Below are positions 17,661-29,745 of a stretch of DNA of 64,000 bases, one piece after another. Source of the stretch: an uncultured Verrucomicrobiae bacterium (lineage in GTDB: Bacteria; Chlamydiota; Chlamydiia; Chlamydiales; Rhabdochlamydiaceae); NCBI GenBank assembly GCA_963806855.1, contig CAWDYW010000001.1:960001-1024000 (forward strand), read 5' to 3'. The position numbers were made by a program, and so were the translations under genes. The stretch's first letter is position 1; each line of letters starts with the position of its first letter. The notes under the pieces were generated by a model. It was not told where the DNA came from and made no database searches. It was given only the letters and a program-made list of their open reading frames with translations.

Positions 17661-18749
17661 ATGGTAAAGAACTTTCTGTTTATTTTTGTTGCAATCCAAA
17701 TTGCCCTTTTTGCCAAGCCGATCGAGACATTTTATGGGCCGATTGAGGTGACCGAGCCGGTGCTCATTGAAGTGATCGAGAGCAAACCGATGCAACGGCT
17801 AAAAGGGGTTCATCAATACGGCATTTCTTACTACACAACACATAGAGAAGAGTACACCCGCTTCGACCATAGTGTGGGAGTATTTGCTATTTTGCGCATG
17901 AAGGGAGCTTCTGTGCATGAGCAGCTAGCCGGACTTCTGCATGATGTTTCGCACACCATCTTTTCCCACGTTGGCGATTATACTTTTAATCCTACTTGCC
18001 CTACAGAATCGTATCAGGATGATGTCCACAGCTGGTTTTTGCAAAAGTATGGGATTGGCGATATCTTAAAAAAATATAGCATCACAATTGAGCAAATCAA
18101 CCCAAAGTCGGGCAAATTTTTAGCTTTGGAACAAGAACTTCCCAATTTGTGCGCCGATCGGATTGACTACAACTTGCAGGGCTCTTTCTTTCAGGGCTTC
18201 TTGACTAAGGCTGAGATAAAAGAAATATTAGACGATCTTCAATTTGTCGATGGGAAATGGGTCTCGTCGAAGCCTGAATTGATGAAAAAAATGGTCCGCT
18301 TTTCCCTCCATATGACCAAACATTGTTGGGGCGCCCCCGATAATTTCTTGAGGTCAAAATGGTTAGCTGAGGTGATCCATCGGGCAGTTCATTTAGGGAG
18401 AATTTCACACGACGATATCCACTTTGGTGAAGACAAGGCCGTTTGGGAAAAGCTCAATCAAATTTCGGATGGAGTTGTCCAAAACCTTTTTGCAAAAATA
18501 TTCAACGCTCATGAGCAGTATTCTTTGGTAAAAAAAGAGGAGGCCGATCTCCAGCCCAAGATGAAATTTAGGGGATTCGATCCCTGGATCAAGCAGGGAG
18601 ATAAAATCGTTCGGCTTACCGAATTAGACCCTGAATTTGGGAAAGAATTTTATCAAATTAAGAATGAAATGGAGCAAGGTTGGCCGATTAAGTTAAAAGC
18701 CGATAGTCGCGCGGAGAGTAAGCCCCTGCAAGCCGAGAGGGCTATCTGA
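17661..18749 (+). CDS. HD-domain phosphohydrolase (SAMHD1/dNTPase-like) with apparent signal peptide
   Basis: QRLKGVHQYG, TRFDHSVG, LLHDVSH..FSH, ADRIDY; N-terminal MVKNFLFIFVAIQIALFA. Confidence 0.85.
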   Translation: MVKNFLFIFVAIQIALFAKPIETFYGPIEVTEPVLIEVIESKPMQRLKGVHQYGISYYTTHREEYTRFDHSVGVFAILRMKGASVHEQLAGLLHDVSHTIFSHVGDYTFNPTCPTESYQDDVHSWFLQKYGIGDILKKYSITIEQINPKSGKFLALEQELPNLCADRIDYNLQGSFFQGFLTKAEIKEILDDLQFVDGKWVSSKPELMKKMVRFSLHMTKHCWGAPDNFLRSKWLAEVIHRAVHLGRISHDDIHFGEDKAVWEKLNQISDGVVQNLFAKIFNAHEQYSLVKKEEADLQPKMKFRGFDPWIKQGDKIVRLTELDPEFGKEFYQIKNEMEQGWPIKLKADSRAESKPLQAERAI

Positions 18750-19706
18750 GTAAAATGTCCCTTTCGTCCCATTAGGAGGGGTAAACTCAGTTCGGATTCT
18801 CTCGTGCAGATTGAACCAAAGGTTGAACTCATATCCTGCGTGGATCTCATAGCTCCAGCAGTCAAATGGCTGTTGCCAAGAGGGGCCCAATATGAATTGC
18901 AGATGGTAGGCGAATCTCTGCGATTTGTATTTTGCGTCGCTTAAAATAAGGTTATTGACACCACTGGTTTGGGTTTCCTTATTTTTATAAGTTCCCGTGA
19001 GAATTGCCGAAGAGAATTTTCCAGTGAAATAGAGGTGTGAACACCACCACCAGTCGACCGTTCCTCCAATCCGGATTCCACCCCCAAAGTAGCGCCATTT
19101 CTCTTTGACTTTGTCAAAATCAAAGACGGTATTGGTATAAATATTTCTCCAAGATTGGTGAATGATCGCCATCGTCAAACCAGCATAGACCCGCATTCTG
19201 AGATGTTCATTTGGGTCAAATACCCGAGCCGCATACATATCGGCTACATTGTAGTGCAGATCGATCATGCTATGAGCCGTTAAAAACGGTGCAGCAATAC
19301 TCGTCTGGCGGGTTGGATTTAAAGGGGCATTAACATGGTTTGAGCCTTTACTATAAAACCAAGTGTATTCGCCGGTCACTTCCCAATATTTAAAGCATCG
19401 ATAGTAGGATGCCGCGATTCTGAAACCGGGACTCCATCTGAAATGAGCTTTTTTATAGTCGCCGATGGCAAAAGTATTGGGCAGAGTCGAAATTCCCTTT
19501 GTCTTGACCGCATAATCAAGCGATCCTTCATTAGCGGTCCAATAGAGGAAGTTAAGATGGGCAAAAATCTGTGACCGCTCGACGAAATGATGCGGCTCAC
19601 AGTAATCTTCAGGCGGTGCCTCGCACTGTTCGCACCACAGTTCACGTGCTGATAATGAGGAAAGGCTAGAAAGAGCTATTAGGGCTAAGAGAGTTTTTTT
19701 CATCAT
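18693..19706 (-). CDS. Lpg1974/MOMP-like outer-membrane porin
   Basis: Signal peptide, Cys-rich start, FLYWTANEGSLDYA, WSPGFRI, AGYEFNLW, GLQGLTLRATIGF. Confidence 0.82.
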   Translation of the reverse strand: MMKKTLLALIALSSLSSLSARELWCEQCEAPPEDYCEPHHFVERSQIFAHLNFLYWTANEGSLDYAVKTKGISTLPNTFAIGDYKKAHFRWSPGFRIAASYYRCFKYWEVTGEYTWFYSKGSNHVNAPLNPTRQTSIAAPFLTAHSMIDLHYNVADMYAARVFDPNEHLRMRVYAGLTMAIIHQSWRNIYTNTVFDFDKVKEKWRYFGGGIRIGGTVDWWWCSHLYFTGKFSSAILTGTYKNKETQTSGVNNLILSDAKYKSQRFAYHLQFILGPSWQQPFDCWSYEIHAGYEFNLWFNLHERIRTEFTPPNGTKGTFYSDSPLGLQGLTLRATIGF

Positions 19707-19745
19707 ATTAACCCCCTAGTTACAAAATTAATGAATAAAAGACAA

Positions 19746-19766
19746 GGGGCACTCAGTGAGCGCCCC
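19746..19766 (-). terminator. Rho-independent terminator after hsp20
   Basis: GGGGCGCTC-ACT-GAGTGCCCC then T-rich run on the minus strand. Confidence 0.6.
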
Positions 19767-19772
19767 CAAGAA

Positions 19773-20186
19773 TTACAGCGATTTCACTTCGATTTTTAAC
19801 GGTTTATGGCCTCGGTTCTTTGACAAGGTTAGCTTAAGAATCCCATCTTTTGAGACGGCGTCGATCGGGTGATCGAGATTGACCTCATTGGAGAGGGGGA
19901 TCTCATAGTTGTAATTGAGACACCCTTTTAAGAGATACTTCGCTTTATCCCGTTCATGCCTTCCTTCTCCGCTGATGAGAAGATGGCGAGTTCTAGGATC
20001 TAGGGTGACCTTGATCCCATCGGATTTGACTCCGGGGAGCGAGGCGTCGATGTAGAGCCGCTCTTCGTCCTCAGAAATTGAAAGACCTTCGCAGGACTCA
20101 GTTTCACAGTTTTCATGGCAGCAACCGTTAAATACTGTATAGAATTTATTTAGGTGATCAACAAGACTTGGATAAGTTTGACGCAT
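19773..20186 (-). CDS. Hsp20/alpha-crystallin small heat-shock protein
   Basis: EDEERLYIDASLPGV, LLISGE, AVSKDGILKLTL; GGAGG SD before ATG 20186. Confidence 0.88.
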   Translation of the reverse strand: MRQTYPSLVDHLNKFYTVFNGCCHENCETESCEGLSISEDEERLYIDASLPGVKSDGIKVTLDPRTRHLLISGEGRHERDKAKYLLKGCLNYNYEIPLSNEVNLDHPIDAVSKDGILKLTLSKNRGHKPLKIEVKSL

Positions 20187-20249
20187 ATTCCCTCCTTTTC
20201 TGTGGTTTTGCGTTCTATCCATGATTGTACTTAATCGGAGGATTAAAAT

Positions 20250-20276
20250 CTAGCAGTCTAGCATCTTGATTGCTAA
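20250..20276 (-). promoter_or_regulatory. CIRCE-like HrcA operator upstream of hsp20
   Basis: Minus strand TTAGCAATC-N9-GACTGCTAG versus consensus TTAGCACTC-N9-GAGTGCTAA. Confidence 0.7.
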
Positions 20277-20317
20277 TTTATTGCTTAACTCATTGAGATT
20301 CAATTGCAAAAAATTTT

Positions 20318-21283
20318 TTATCGCCCCTCTTCCAAAAACCGAATTGCCCGTTCTTCTGACCAATAAATCCCATTGATCTTGTCCTTGATAAAGCCTAGAT
20401 GGCCCCCATCCATTGGCAACTCCAAGTGCACATAGGCGCTTTGTTGGCACGCCTCTTGGGGGAAGCAGGAGGGGTGAAGAAAGGGGTCGTTTTTGGCATT
20501 GACGATCAAGGTAGGGACTTCAATTTTAGGGATGCTGTGCTTGCTGCTACATTCGGTATAGTAGTGCATTACATCTCGGTAGCCATAAGCCGGAACGGTA
20601 ATGGCACTATCAAACTCGATTATGTCCTTAATCTTATCGAGATCTACATGGGAAAATAGCCCTGGGTATTGTTTGGTTTTGGTCCCGATTTTCTGTTTCA
20701 ATGTTGAGAGAAAAAGATTGAGATAGAACCGATTAAACCCCGTAGTGAGGTTGCTTGCGCAGGCATAGAGATCGCAGGGGGCAGAAAATACAGCTGCTCG
20801 CTTCAATTGGGAGGGGTGCTCATCTTTATGATCGCCTAGATATTTCAGGATAAGATTGCCGGTCATGCTAAAGCCGATCAAGCAGATCTGTTTGTATTTT
20901 TTCTTTTTTAACACATGTTGGACGACCTGTTTGAGGTCAACCGTTAAGCCAGCATTGTAAATGCGAAATGTTCGATTGATCTCCCCGCTGCAGCCTCGTA
21001 GATTCCATGCCAAAGCATCCCAGCCTCGAGCGTTGAACTGCTTGACCATCCCCAGAACATAGGATTTATTGGCATTCCCTTCTAACCCGTGGGCGACGAT
21101 CACCAATTTATTGCTTTCGATGCATGACCAGTCTAAATCGAGGAAATCGGCGTCATCTGTCTCAATTCTCTCACGGACATATTGGACTCCGGTGACTTTT
21201 CGCAAGAGACTGGGGAGAATGGTTTGTGCATGTTTTCCACCAATCCAAAGAGGCGCTTTATACTGAGAGGTGAGAATCGGCAT
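20318..21283 (-). CDS. YheT-family alpha/beta hydrolase
   Basis: HAQTI, HGLEG, NLRGCSG, GFSMTG, NAKNDP, GGHLGF. Confidence 0.88.
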   Translation of the reverse strand: MPILTSQYKAPLWIGGKHAQTILPSLLRKVTGVQYVRERIETDDADFLDLDWSCIESNKLVIVAHGLEGNANKSYVLGMVKQFNARGWDALAWNLRGCSGEINRTFRIYNAGLTVDLKQVVQHVLKKKKYKQICLIGFSMTGNLILKYLGDHKDEHPSQLKRAAVFSAPCDLYACASNLTTGFNRFYLNLFLSTLKQKIGTKTKQYPGLFSHVDLDKIKDIIEFDSAITVPAYGYRDVMHYYTECSSKHSIPKIEVPTLIVNAKNDPFLHPSCFPQEACQQSAYVHLELPMDGGHLGFIKDKINGIYWSEERAIRFLEEGR

Positions 21284-21285
21284 CT

Positions 21286-21987
21286 TTAATCCTCTTTCGT
21301 AGAGAAGATCCCCCCGAATGGCTTCGTGAAAAGATCGACTGCCTTATCAGGGACGATTTGCAGCAAATTTTCCATGTGGTATTGCATAAAGGCCTGCTTG
21401 ATCAGTTGTCCCAAGATGCTACTGGTCAATTGGTCGATTGGGAATCCCGCTCCAGTGCTGATATTGGTCAATTCAATCCGAGCAATCGGGGGTAGCTTTT
21501 GAATCTTTCCATCAGCGCTATGGAAAATGAGATCAGCTTGGATATTGGTGAAGGTCATTTTTTTTATTAGGATGCGCTTTCCCTCTTTTACATCTAATTT
21601 AGCCTCTTTTTGATAATGGCTTAAGAGCTTTGACCAATTGCCCTCGACCGAATTGGTCGTATCAAATTCGATCCCCAAATAGATCGTATCAACGTCGATT
21701 TGCTCCACTACAACATGATCTTTAAAATAGTTCTGAACGGGAGCTTGCAATGTAATTGTCTTCGCCGAGAAGGCTTTTGGTAATGAATATCCTGGTTCGT
21801 TGGCGATTTCGAATTGGTCGACGGTGATGGTCTTTGTTCTCGGTTTGATCCCGTCAATTGAGGCGGTGACCCCCATTTCATTCGAGAGATAATTCGCCAC
21901 TATGTCAGGAGCTCTCGAGAGAGCAAAAAAATAAAGAGCTACAAGGATCACAATAAGAACAATTAAACTACCAAGAGGCCGCATCAA
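21286..21987 (-). CDS. Membrane-anchored AsmA/DUF748-like hypothetical protein
   Basis: Single N-terminal TM, beta-rich body (FEIANEPG, KAFSAK, NW). Confidence 0.6.
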   Translation of the reverse strand: MMRPLGSLIVLIVILVALYFFALSRAPDIVANYLSNEMGVTASIDGIKPRTKTITVDQFEIANEPGYSLPKAFSAKTITLQAPVQNYFKDHVVVEQIDVDTIYLGIEFDTTNSVEGNWSKLLSHYQKEAKLDVKEGKRILIKKMTFTNIQADLIFHSADGKIQKLPPIARIELTNISTGAGFPIDQLTSSILGQLIKQAFMQYHMENLLQIVPDKAVDLFTKPFGGIFSTKED

Positions 21988-22051
21988 TTCCTTCCTTTTT
22001 TATGACCATACTTAAAGAATAACTATTAAGCAACAATCAACTATAAAAAAA

Positions 22052-22081
22052 TGCCCGTGCCCGAAATTTCGGGCACGGGCA
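22052..22081 (-). terminator. 30-bp perfect GGGCAC-type palindrome acting as groESL terminator
   Basis: TGCCCGTGCCCGAAA|TTTCGGGCACGGGCA followed by T7 on the minus strand. Confidence 0.75.
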
Positions 22082-22111
22082 CACACACTGGCACGGGCCA
22101 GGTTACTTAGG

Positions 22112-23749
<1,638 letters not shown>

Positions 23750-23758
23750 TTATTCTCC

Positions 23759-24073
23759 TTAATCTTTCAATGATTGCAATGATGTCATCGGCCTTGAGGA
23801 TAATATATTCTTCATCATCGACGGTGACTTCTTGTCCTGCGTATTTATCCATCAAGATGATATCGCCGACTTTAACAGGGACTGGTAGGATGTTTACCGT
23901 CATCGAGTTTTTTTCCAGTTCCAACGGCGACAACGTGCGCAGCTTTCTTGTTTTTTCTTCGCGTGTCAGGGAGTATGATTCCCCCTTTCATTTTTTTGCT
24001 CTTCTAAGCGTTGAGCGAGAACTCGGTTACCAAGTGGTTTAAGTGTGATTTTCTTTGCAGCTTGTTGAGTCAT
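23759..24073 (-). CDS. groES: Co-chaperonin GroES, frameshifted
   Basis: LKPLGNRV, KGGIILPD, PVKVGDIILMDKYAGQEV, ILKADDIIA fragments directly upstream of groEL. Confidence 0.9.
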
Positions 24074-24120
24074 AAGCTATCATCTCCATTTGTGTGAGTG
24101 TTTTTTAGAGCTAACATGGG

Positions 24121-24149
24121 ACTATATCGGATGGCTTTATTATTTGCAA
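24121..24149 (-). promoter_or_regulatory. Sigma66/sigma70 promoter of groESL
   Basis: Minus strand TTGCAA-17 nt-TATAGT. Confidence 0.75.
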
Positions 24150-24155
24150 ACAAAT

Positions 24156-24182
24156 TTAGCAACCGGACGGCCGGATTGCTAA
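24156..24182 (-). promoter_or_regulatory. CIRCE operator upstream of groES
   Basis: Minus strand TTAGCAATC-N9-GGTTGCTAA just upstream of the -35 box. Confidence 0.8.
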
Positions 24183-24256
24183 ATCTTCGGGATTTCCCTC
24201 TTCGCTGACTCTAGATAACCTACTTATAAATAACCACTTATAATAAGGAAGAAGCA

Positions 24257-26080
24257 ATGGCTAAAGCAAACGCGAACAAATTCCTGAGAGAGATCGTTGG
24301 AACGTCGGTGCCCTGTATCCTGATGCGAACCTCTGGCTAAAAGATTTAACAGCGGCTCTCGAAAGTGAAAAAGCCCCTCATTGGGAGACACTTAAATCGT
24401 ATCGAGGACGCTTGGGAGAAGGATCCTCAAGTTGCGGCCTCCTTTTTTGATCGTTATTTTGAGCTCGATCGCAAATTGTCTAAGTTACATACGTATGCCC
24501 ATCTTCGAATGGATGAAGACGTAGGAAATGAAGCGTACAAAAAAGCCACTATGAGAAGATTTCCTCCTTCTTCACGCATTTCAATTGGAAAGTGCTTGGA
24601 TTGAACCGGAGATTTTAGGCTTGTCGGATAGAGAATTAAGTCTCCATATTAAAACAGCATCCCCAGCTGAAGAAATTCCAATTTTATTTGGAAAAAATAG
24701 GTCGCGGCGCAAAGCTCATACTTTGGCCCCGGAAAGCTTGAAGATAATTGTCGCTTTGAGCGGAAAAGCGCTCGATACAGCGATCCAAGGCCTTTGGTGC
24801 ATTAAATAATGCCGATCTTACTTTTAAGCCAGCGATTGATTCCCAAGGAAAAGAGCATCCTCTTCTAATGGTTCTTACCTTACGTATTTGAGAAGCCCGG
24901 ATCGAAATTTAAGAAAAATGGCCTTTCATCAACCTCCACAAAGGGTCATGAAGGCTTTGCGAATACTCTTTGTGAGTTGATCCAAGGGCAAGTACAGAGC
25001 CATTTATTTATTGCAAAAGCGCGCAAGTTCAATAGTTGTCTAGAGGCGGCTTTATTTCCCAGCAGTGGAACCGTCTGTTTACACGAATTTAATTGCTACA
25101 GTGAGAAGGAATTTGCCCACTCATGCATGAATATATTGCATTTCGCAAGAAGAAAATGAAGCTTGGGCACATCCATATTCTATGATCTGTATGTTCCTCT
25201 TGTAGACGAAGTCAAGATTCGAAATGAGCTACCAGAAGCCTGAGTCAGGTTGTGACTGATTCTGTAGCGCCACTGGGGGTTGAATATCAAAAAGTGTTGG
25301 CGCAAGGATTGACGACGGATCGTTGGGTGGATGTGTTTGAAAATCGTGCGCAAACGCAAGCGGAGCGTATTCAAGCGGCTGCTATGACAGTATGCCCTAT
25401 ATTTTGATGAATTATCAGTGGGGCTTTTGGAGATGTGACAACGCTTGCGCATGAAGCAGGGCACAGCATGCATAGTTATATAAGTCGTAAACATCAGCCC
25501 TACATCTATTCTCAATTACCCGATTTTTGTAGCGGAAGTAGCGTCTACTTTTAATGAACAGCTTTTGTTTCATATGATGAAACAAAGAGCGAAAAACTAA
25601 ACAAGAGCTTGCTTATCTCATCAATGATAAGATTGAGCGGATTCGAGGGACAATTTTCCGTCAAACGATGTTTGCTGAATTCGAACTGCACTCCACAAAC
25701 TGGCGGAGGAAAAGGTTCCACTCACACCCGGTCTTCTGAAAGAGACTTATCGAAAATTGAATGCCGATTTCTTCGGGCCCGAGGTGGTGCTCGACAAGGA
25801 GATCGAGATCGAGTGGGGCCGAATTCCCCATTTCTATAGCAATTTCTATGTCTATCAGTATGCGACTGGAATCAGCGCTGCCCACGCCCTCTTTGAAAAG
25901 GTGATCACAGAGGGGGAAAGCGCTCGTGGACCCTATCTCAACTTTCTTTCTTCTGGCAGCTCAAAATATCCTCTTGACTTATTGCAGAGCGCTGGGGTAA
26001 ACATGCGACATGAACAGCCGATAGAAGCGACGCTCAAACAGTTTGATCGGTTGCTCCAAGAACTCTCTAAACTCATTTAG
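24257..26080 (+). CDS. pepF: Oligoendopeptidase F, heavily frameshifted
   Basis: [60 protein letters not shown]. Confidence 0.9.
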
Positions 26081-26084
26081 GATT

Positions 26085-26363
26085 ATGTCATTAAAAGTTA
26101 AAAAATTTTTCGTCGTGATCAATGAAAAAGGGTTGCATACCCGTCCTTCAACCGAGCTTGTCCGGTGTGCAGCCAATTTTAAGGCAGATATCAATTTGAC
26201 CTACCAAGATCTCACCGTCAATGCCAAATCGCTTCTTGGGATCCTGATGTTGGCCGCGGCCAAAGGTGCCAAAATCCAAATCGAAGCTGATGGTGCTGAT
26301 GCTCAAGATGCAATCAACGCTATCCTCAAATTGGCCCAAAACAAATTCAATATTAATTACTGA
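26085..26363 (+). CDS. ptsH: Phosphocarrier protein HPr
   Basis: NEKGLHTRPS, VNAKSLLGILMLAA. Confidence 0.93.
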   Translation: MSLKVKKFFVVINEKGLHTRPSTELVRCAANFKADINLTYQDLTVNAKSLLGILMLAAAKGAKIQIEADGADAQDAINAILKLAQNKFNINY

Positions 26364-26404
26364 ATAAATTGATAAGTACAGTACTCCTATGATATAATAA
26401 TTTT

Positions 26405-28105
26405 ATGGAAATTAATTATGTATCCTCCGCATCACTGTTCTTCCAATTTTCCCTAGCTAACCGCCATTTCCAGGTGGCTTTTGACTCTGGATCCCCAGAA
26501 AGAATTCAAGATCTATGGGACAAAGGGGTAATCCGGTATGCGCAATCTGACTCCATTTCGCTCTTTGGAAGATTGAAGCATTTTCTTTATGGAGCAATCG
26601 AATGCACCCCAGTCATTGGCCTGGTCGTCGCCTTTATTGATCGGTTCTTGAATGGCTACGTGAGCCTTCCTCCCAATTGCACAGTCAAAGAAGCGGTTAA
26701 AGCTACCCCTAAATTTGAGAGCTATACGTTTAAAGGCAACTCAACTGTCCATCTCAGCGATATTGACAAACGGCCTGCCAACCTCCTTTTTGATGCGATT
26801 TTTGGAAAAGATCCGACTACGCAGCCTGGGACTCAACTTTTCGCTTTCCCTTCGGCAACAAAAGCTCGTCAGCATATCATGGGACTTTCTAACGATACAG
26901 TCCTCAGTATCAGTGCGAAAAACAAAACTACCCAGCTCTATCGTCGAGGATCGGATCATAGATTAATTTCGATGGGGCAAAGGGATCTAACAACCTATTT
27001 GGGAAATAATACCTTCGAAATCTCTGCAGAAGAACTGAAGAACCTTCTCAATAGCCAAAAAGTCTATGTCTCATCGCTCATTCCAAAAGAATTTTATCTT
27101 GGATTAAAAGCTGCCCTTTTCAGCGATGGGGTCGTCACACTGCCGGCAGATGAAAGGAGAGTCCCCACGTTGGATGAAATTCTCCACAATGATTATCCTG
27201 AGCCAACAATGTGGCAGCGATGGGTCAGTGGTTTTCACTCCAATGACAACAATCGGAGTCTCTATTTTGCCAAAGTCCATCTTCAAAAGGTTCAAGCAAG
27301 TCCTGCTTCCTATGGATTTAAAGACGATGGGCGAATGCTTTCTTTCGAAGAGCTCAAACAATTGACCCTCTATCAGGTGGGCGCTATGATCGTCAAATCG
27401 GAAGATTATTATCCCCTTGTCGAAGAGGGTTATCGACTAGCTCCAAGAAAAGTGGGCGACAAGAATGCGATTACACTGATCAGCGCATCGGGAATCCGCG
27501 GTTTTTTCAAAACAAATCAGATCGCTGGCAATGAAAATCACGAAATCGATCGTAAGATCATGACCGCCACTTTCAAAACGGCTCTCCAATCGATTGGGAA
27601 AGGGGGAATCGCGATCTTCCCCGCCGTCGGCATGGGCATTTGGGGGGGCGATCCCGATATCTATTGGCGGGCTTTTTTCGATGCTGTCATTGAGGGGGGC
27701 GAAGATCTAAAACACATTTTCGTCAATCCAGGACATCAAACGACTCGCTCTGGAAAATACAAAGGTTATGGCGGAGAGGAGTTCGCTCTCATTCTCAATG
27801 AATATTTAGAGAAACATCCTCAGAATTCCAATTTGAGAAAGTTGATCGATCTCTATACTGATAAAACCGATCTTTTCTTGCTAGCACGCAATATAAAAAA
27901 GCACAGCCCAGATGTCCCTGTTGCGCTATTTAATGCCTCAGATCCTGATGTCACTTTGGGAAATCACGTTGGCGAGTATGTCAATAACCTCTGCCACCCC
28001 TCCACAACTGAGGAGAATTACGCAGCAGCAGGAACCAGCGGTCTTGGATTTGAGCAGATGACCCAGGTCCTTATGGATCCAAAACGGCGCGTGATTCAAG
28101 CCTAA
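26405..28105 (+). CDS. Putative secreted effector with C-terminal macrodomain-like region (MavL/Larg1-like)
   Basis: N-terminal hydrophobic hairpin ECTPVIGLVVAFID; C-terminal AVGMGIWGG, FNASDPD..LGN, TTEE..AAAGT. Confidence 0.55.
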   Translation: MEINYVSSASLFFQFSLANRHFQVAFDSGSPERIQDLWDKGVIRYAQSDSISLFGRLKHFLYGAIECTPVIGLVVAFIDRFLNGYVSLPPNCTVKEAVKATPKFESYTFKGNSTVHLSDIDKRPANLLFDAIFGKDPTTQPGTQLFAFPSATKARQHIMGLSNDTVLSISAKNKTTQLYRRGSDHRLISMGQRDLTTYLGNNTFEISAEELKNLLNSQKVYVSSLIPKEFYLGLKAALFSDGVVTLPADERRVPTLDEILHNDYPEPTMWQRWVSGFHSNDNNRSLYFAKVHLQKVQASPASYGFKDDGRMLSFEELKQLTLYQVGAMIVKSEDYYPLVEEGYRLAPRKVGDKNAITLISASGIRGFFKTNQIAGNENHEIDRKIMTATFKTALQSIGKGGIAIFPAVGMGIWGGDPDIYWRAFFDAVIEGGEDLKHIFVNPGHQTTRSGKYKGYGGEEFALILNEYLEKHPQNSNLRKLIDLYTDKTDLFLLARNIKKHSPDVPVALFNASDPDVTLGNHVGEYVNNLCHPSTTEENYAAAGTSGLGFEQMTQVLMDPKRRVIQA

Positions 28106-28139
28106 TTTATCCCCAATTTCTGAATATGGTTTTAGAAAA

Positions 28140-28258
28140 TTATTTTACCATTCGCTCGCTTCGCTCCCTAGAGAGCACAGAGGACACAGAGGAAGAGAAA
28201 ATTTTTTCTCTGTGATCTCTGTGCTCTCTAGGGAGCGGAGCGAGCGGGTGGTGAATAA
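28140..28258. repeat. CACAGAG-type REP-like long hairpin between convergent genes
   Basis: Arms 28140-28191 / 28208-28258; core AGAGAGCACAGAGGACAC shared with 39965-40071. Confidence 0.85.
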
Positions 28259-28267
28259 ATCTATTCT

Positions 28268-28675
28268 TCAATCCCGAATGGGAACGGTCTTCTCGAAGAC
28301 ATCTTTGTTGCAGAAGAGGGGAGCGTTGTGCTTGAGGGCGAAGGTAAGGCAATCGCTTGGACGGGCGTCGATCTCGAGGATCTGCTTTTGGTCTCCAATT
28401 GTTTGCTCAAGAAAAAGGCGTGAGAAATAGACAGTATCTTCGATGTTGTTGATCACCACCTGAATGAGCCGAATGTCAAAGCCCGTGAAAATCGCATTCA
28501 TCAAATCATGCGTAATGGGCCGGGGGTGCTGCTCTTGCGTCAGCAGCAGTTGTAGGTTCTTCCCAACGGATGGCTCGGTATAGATGGCAAATTGCTTCGT
28601 ATCGTTACCGAGAATGATCACCGTATACGCTCTGGATTGCATAATCTTTTTAAATGAAATCGGCACAAGCTCCAT
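28268..28675 (-). CDS. Bifunctional nuclease (DUF151/BFN) family protein
   Basis: PRPITHDL, YFSRLFLEQ, EIDARPSD. Confidence 0.9.
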   Translation of the reverse strand: MELVPISFKKIMQSRAYTVIILGNDTKQFAIYTEPSVGKNLQLLLTQEQHPRPITHDLMNAIFTGFDIRLIQVVINNIEDTVYFSRLFLEQTIGDQKQILEIDARPSDCLTFALKHNAPLFCNKDVFEKTVPIRD

Positions 28676-28685
28676 GGACACGCTC

Positions 28686-29364
28686 TTATGTTATGACCGC
28701 CGCAGTGCCATCATTTTTCCCGATGACAATGTAGGTGGCTAGATTAAAGAAAAAACCTGTTTCTAATACTCCGGGAATCGCCCGAATTTCTTCATGCACT
28801 CTCGGGATCATCGAGCTGAGAAGGTAGGGAAATGTCGAAAATCCGATTGTGGTTATCGCTCATGTAATATGATCCATCCGATTTTTTGCGCCAACTCCCG
28901 CGATAGCTAAGATCAGCGAGTTGTTTCCTAATCGCTTCTACTCCAAACGGGAGCACTTCGATCGGCAAAGAACATAGGCCAAGCTTTTCTACTAGTTTGC
29001 TTTCGTCAGCAATCACAATCATCCCTTTACTCATTGTCGCAACAATCTTCTCACGCAGCAGCGCGCCGCCCGCTCCCTTGATCAATCGTTTGCTCGGATC
29101 GATCTGATCGGCACCGTCCACCACTAAATCCAAAGTGGAGATCGTATTGATGTCGATTATATCGATTCCACCCTCGCGAGCCATCCTTTCGGAGGCGAGC
29201 GAAGTGGTGACAGCTTTAATTTTCAGCCCATTTTGGCACCGCTTGATCAAATGTTTGATGAAGTAGGCAGCTGTCGAGCCAGTCCCCAGGCCTAGGACCA
29301 TTCCCTCTTTCACAAATTCAAGTGCTTTTAGGCCGGCGATTTCCTTTGCTTTATCTTGTAGCAT
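28686..29364 (-). CDS. rpiA: Ribose-5-phosphate isomerase A, one frameshift near 28795
   Basis: LGLGTGSTA, DGADQID, IKGAGGALLREKIV; C-terminus IPGVLETGFF in another frame. Confidence 0.92.
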
Positions 29365-29449
29365 ATTTCCCTGTATACAATTTTTGACGCTCTCTTGCAA
29401 AATAATATTTTCGATTGTAGGCTGAGGAAGAATATAGGAGTAGAGAAAA

Positions 29450-29716
29450 ATGACCACGAAGAAGCAGATTGCAGAAGAGAGTCTCAAAACCAAAAAAGCC
29501 CGTGAGAAATTGATCAAACGGCTTAGAGAGCTAGATGATAAAATCACCAAAGAAGCTCTCGATCATAAATCGATCGAAATCCACCGGTGGATCTCCCGCC
29601 ATGCCGATCAGCGGATAACGCTTCGGGATAAAACGATCTCCCTTTTCGACGAGAACCAAAACGCAGCCCAAATCTCACAAAAAATTCTTAAAGTCGCTGA
29701 AAAGCTTCTCGAATAA
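29450..29716 (+). CDS. Small hypothetical protein
   Basis: 88-aa charged ORF with AGGAG upstream, fills the gap before tyrS. Confidence 0.55.
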   Translation: MTTKKQIAEESLKTKKAREKLIKRLRELDDKITKEALDHKSIEIHRWISRHADQRITLRDKTISLFDENQNAAQISQKILKVAEKLLE

Positions 29717-29745
29717 TCGACTTTTCGGTTAATATTTCCTGGAAT

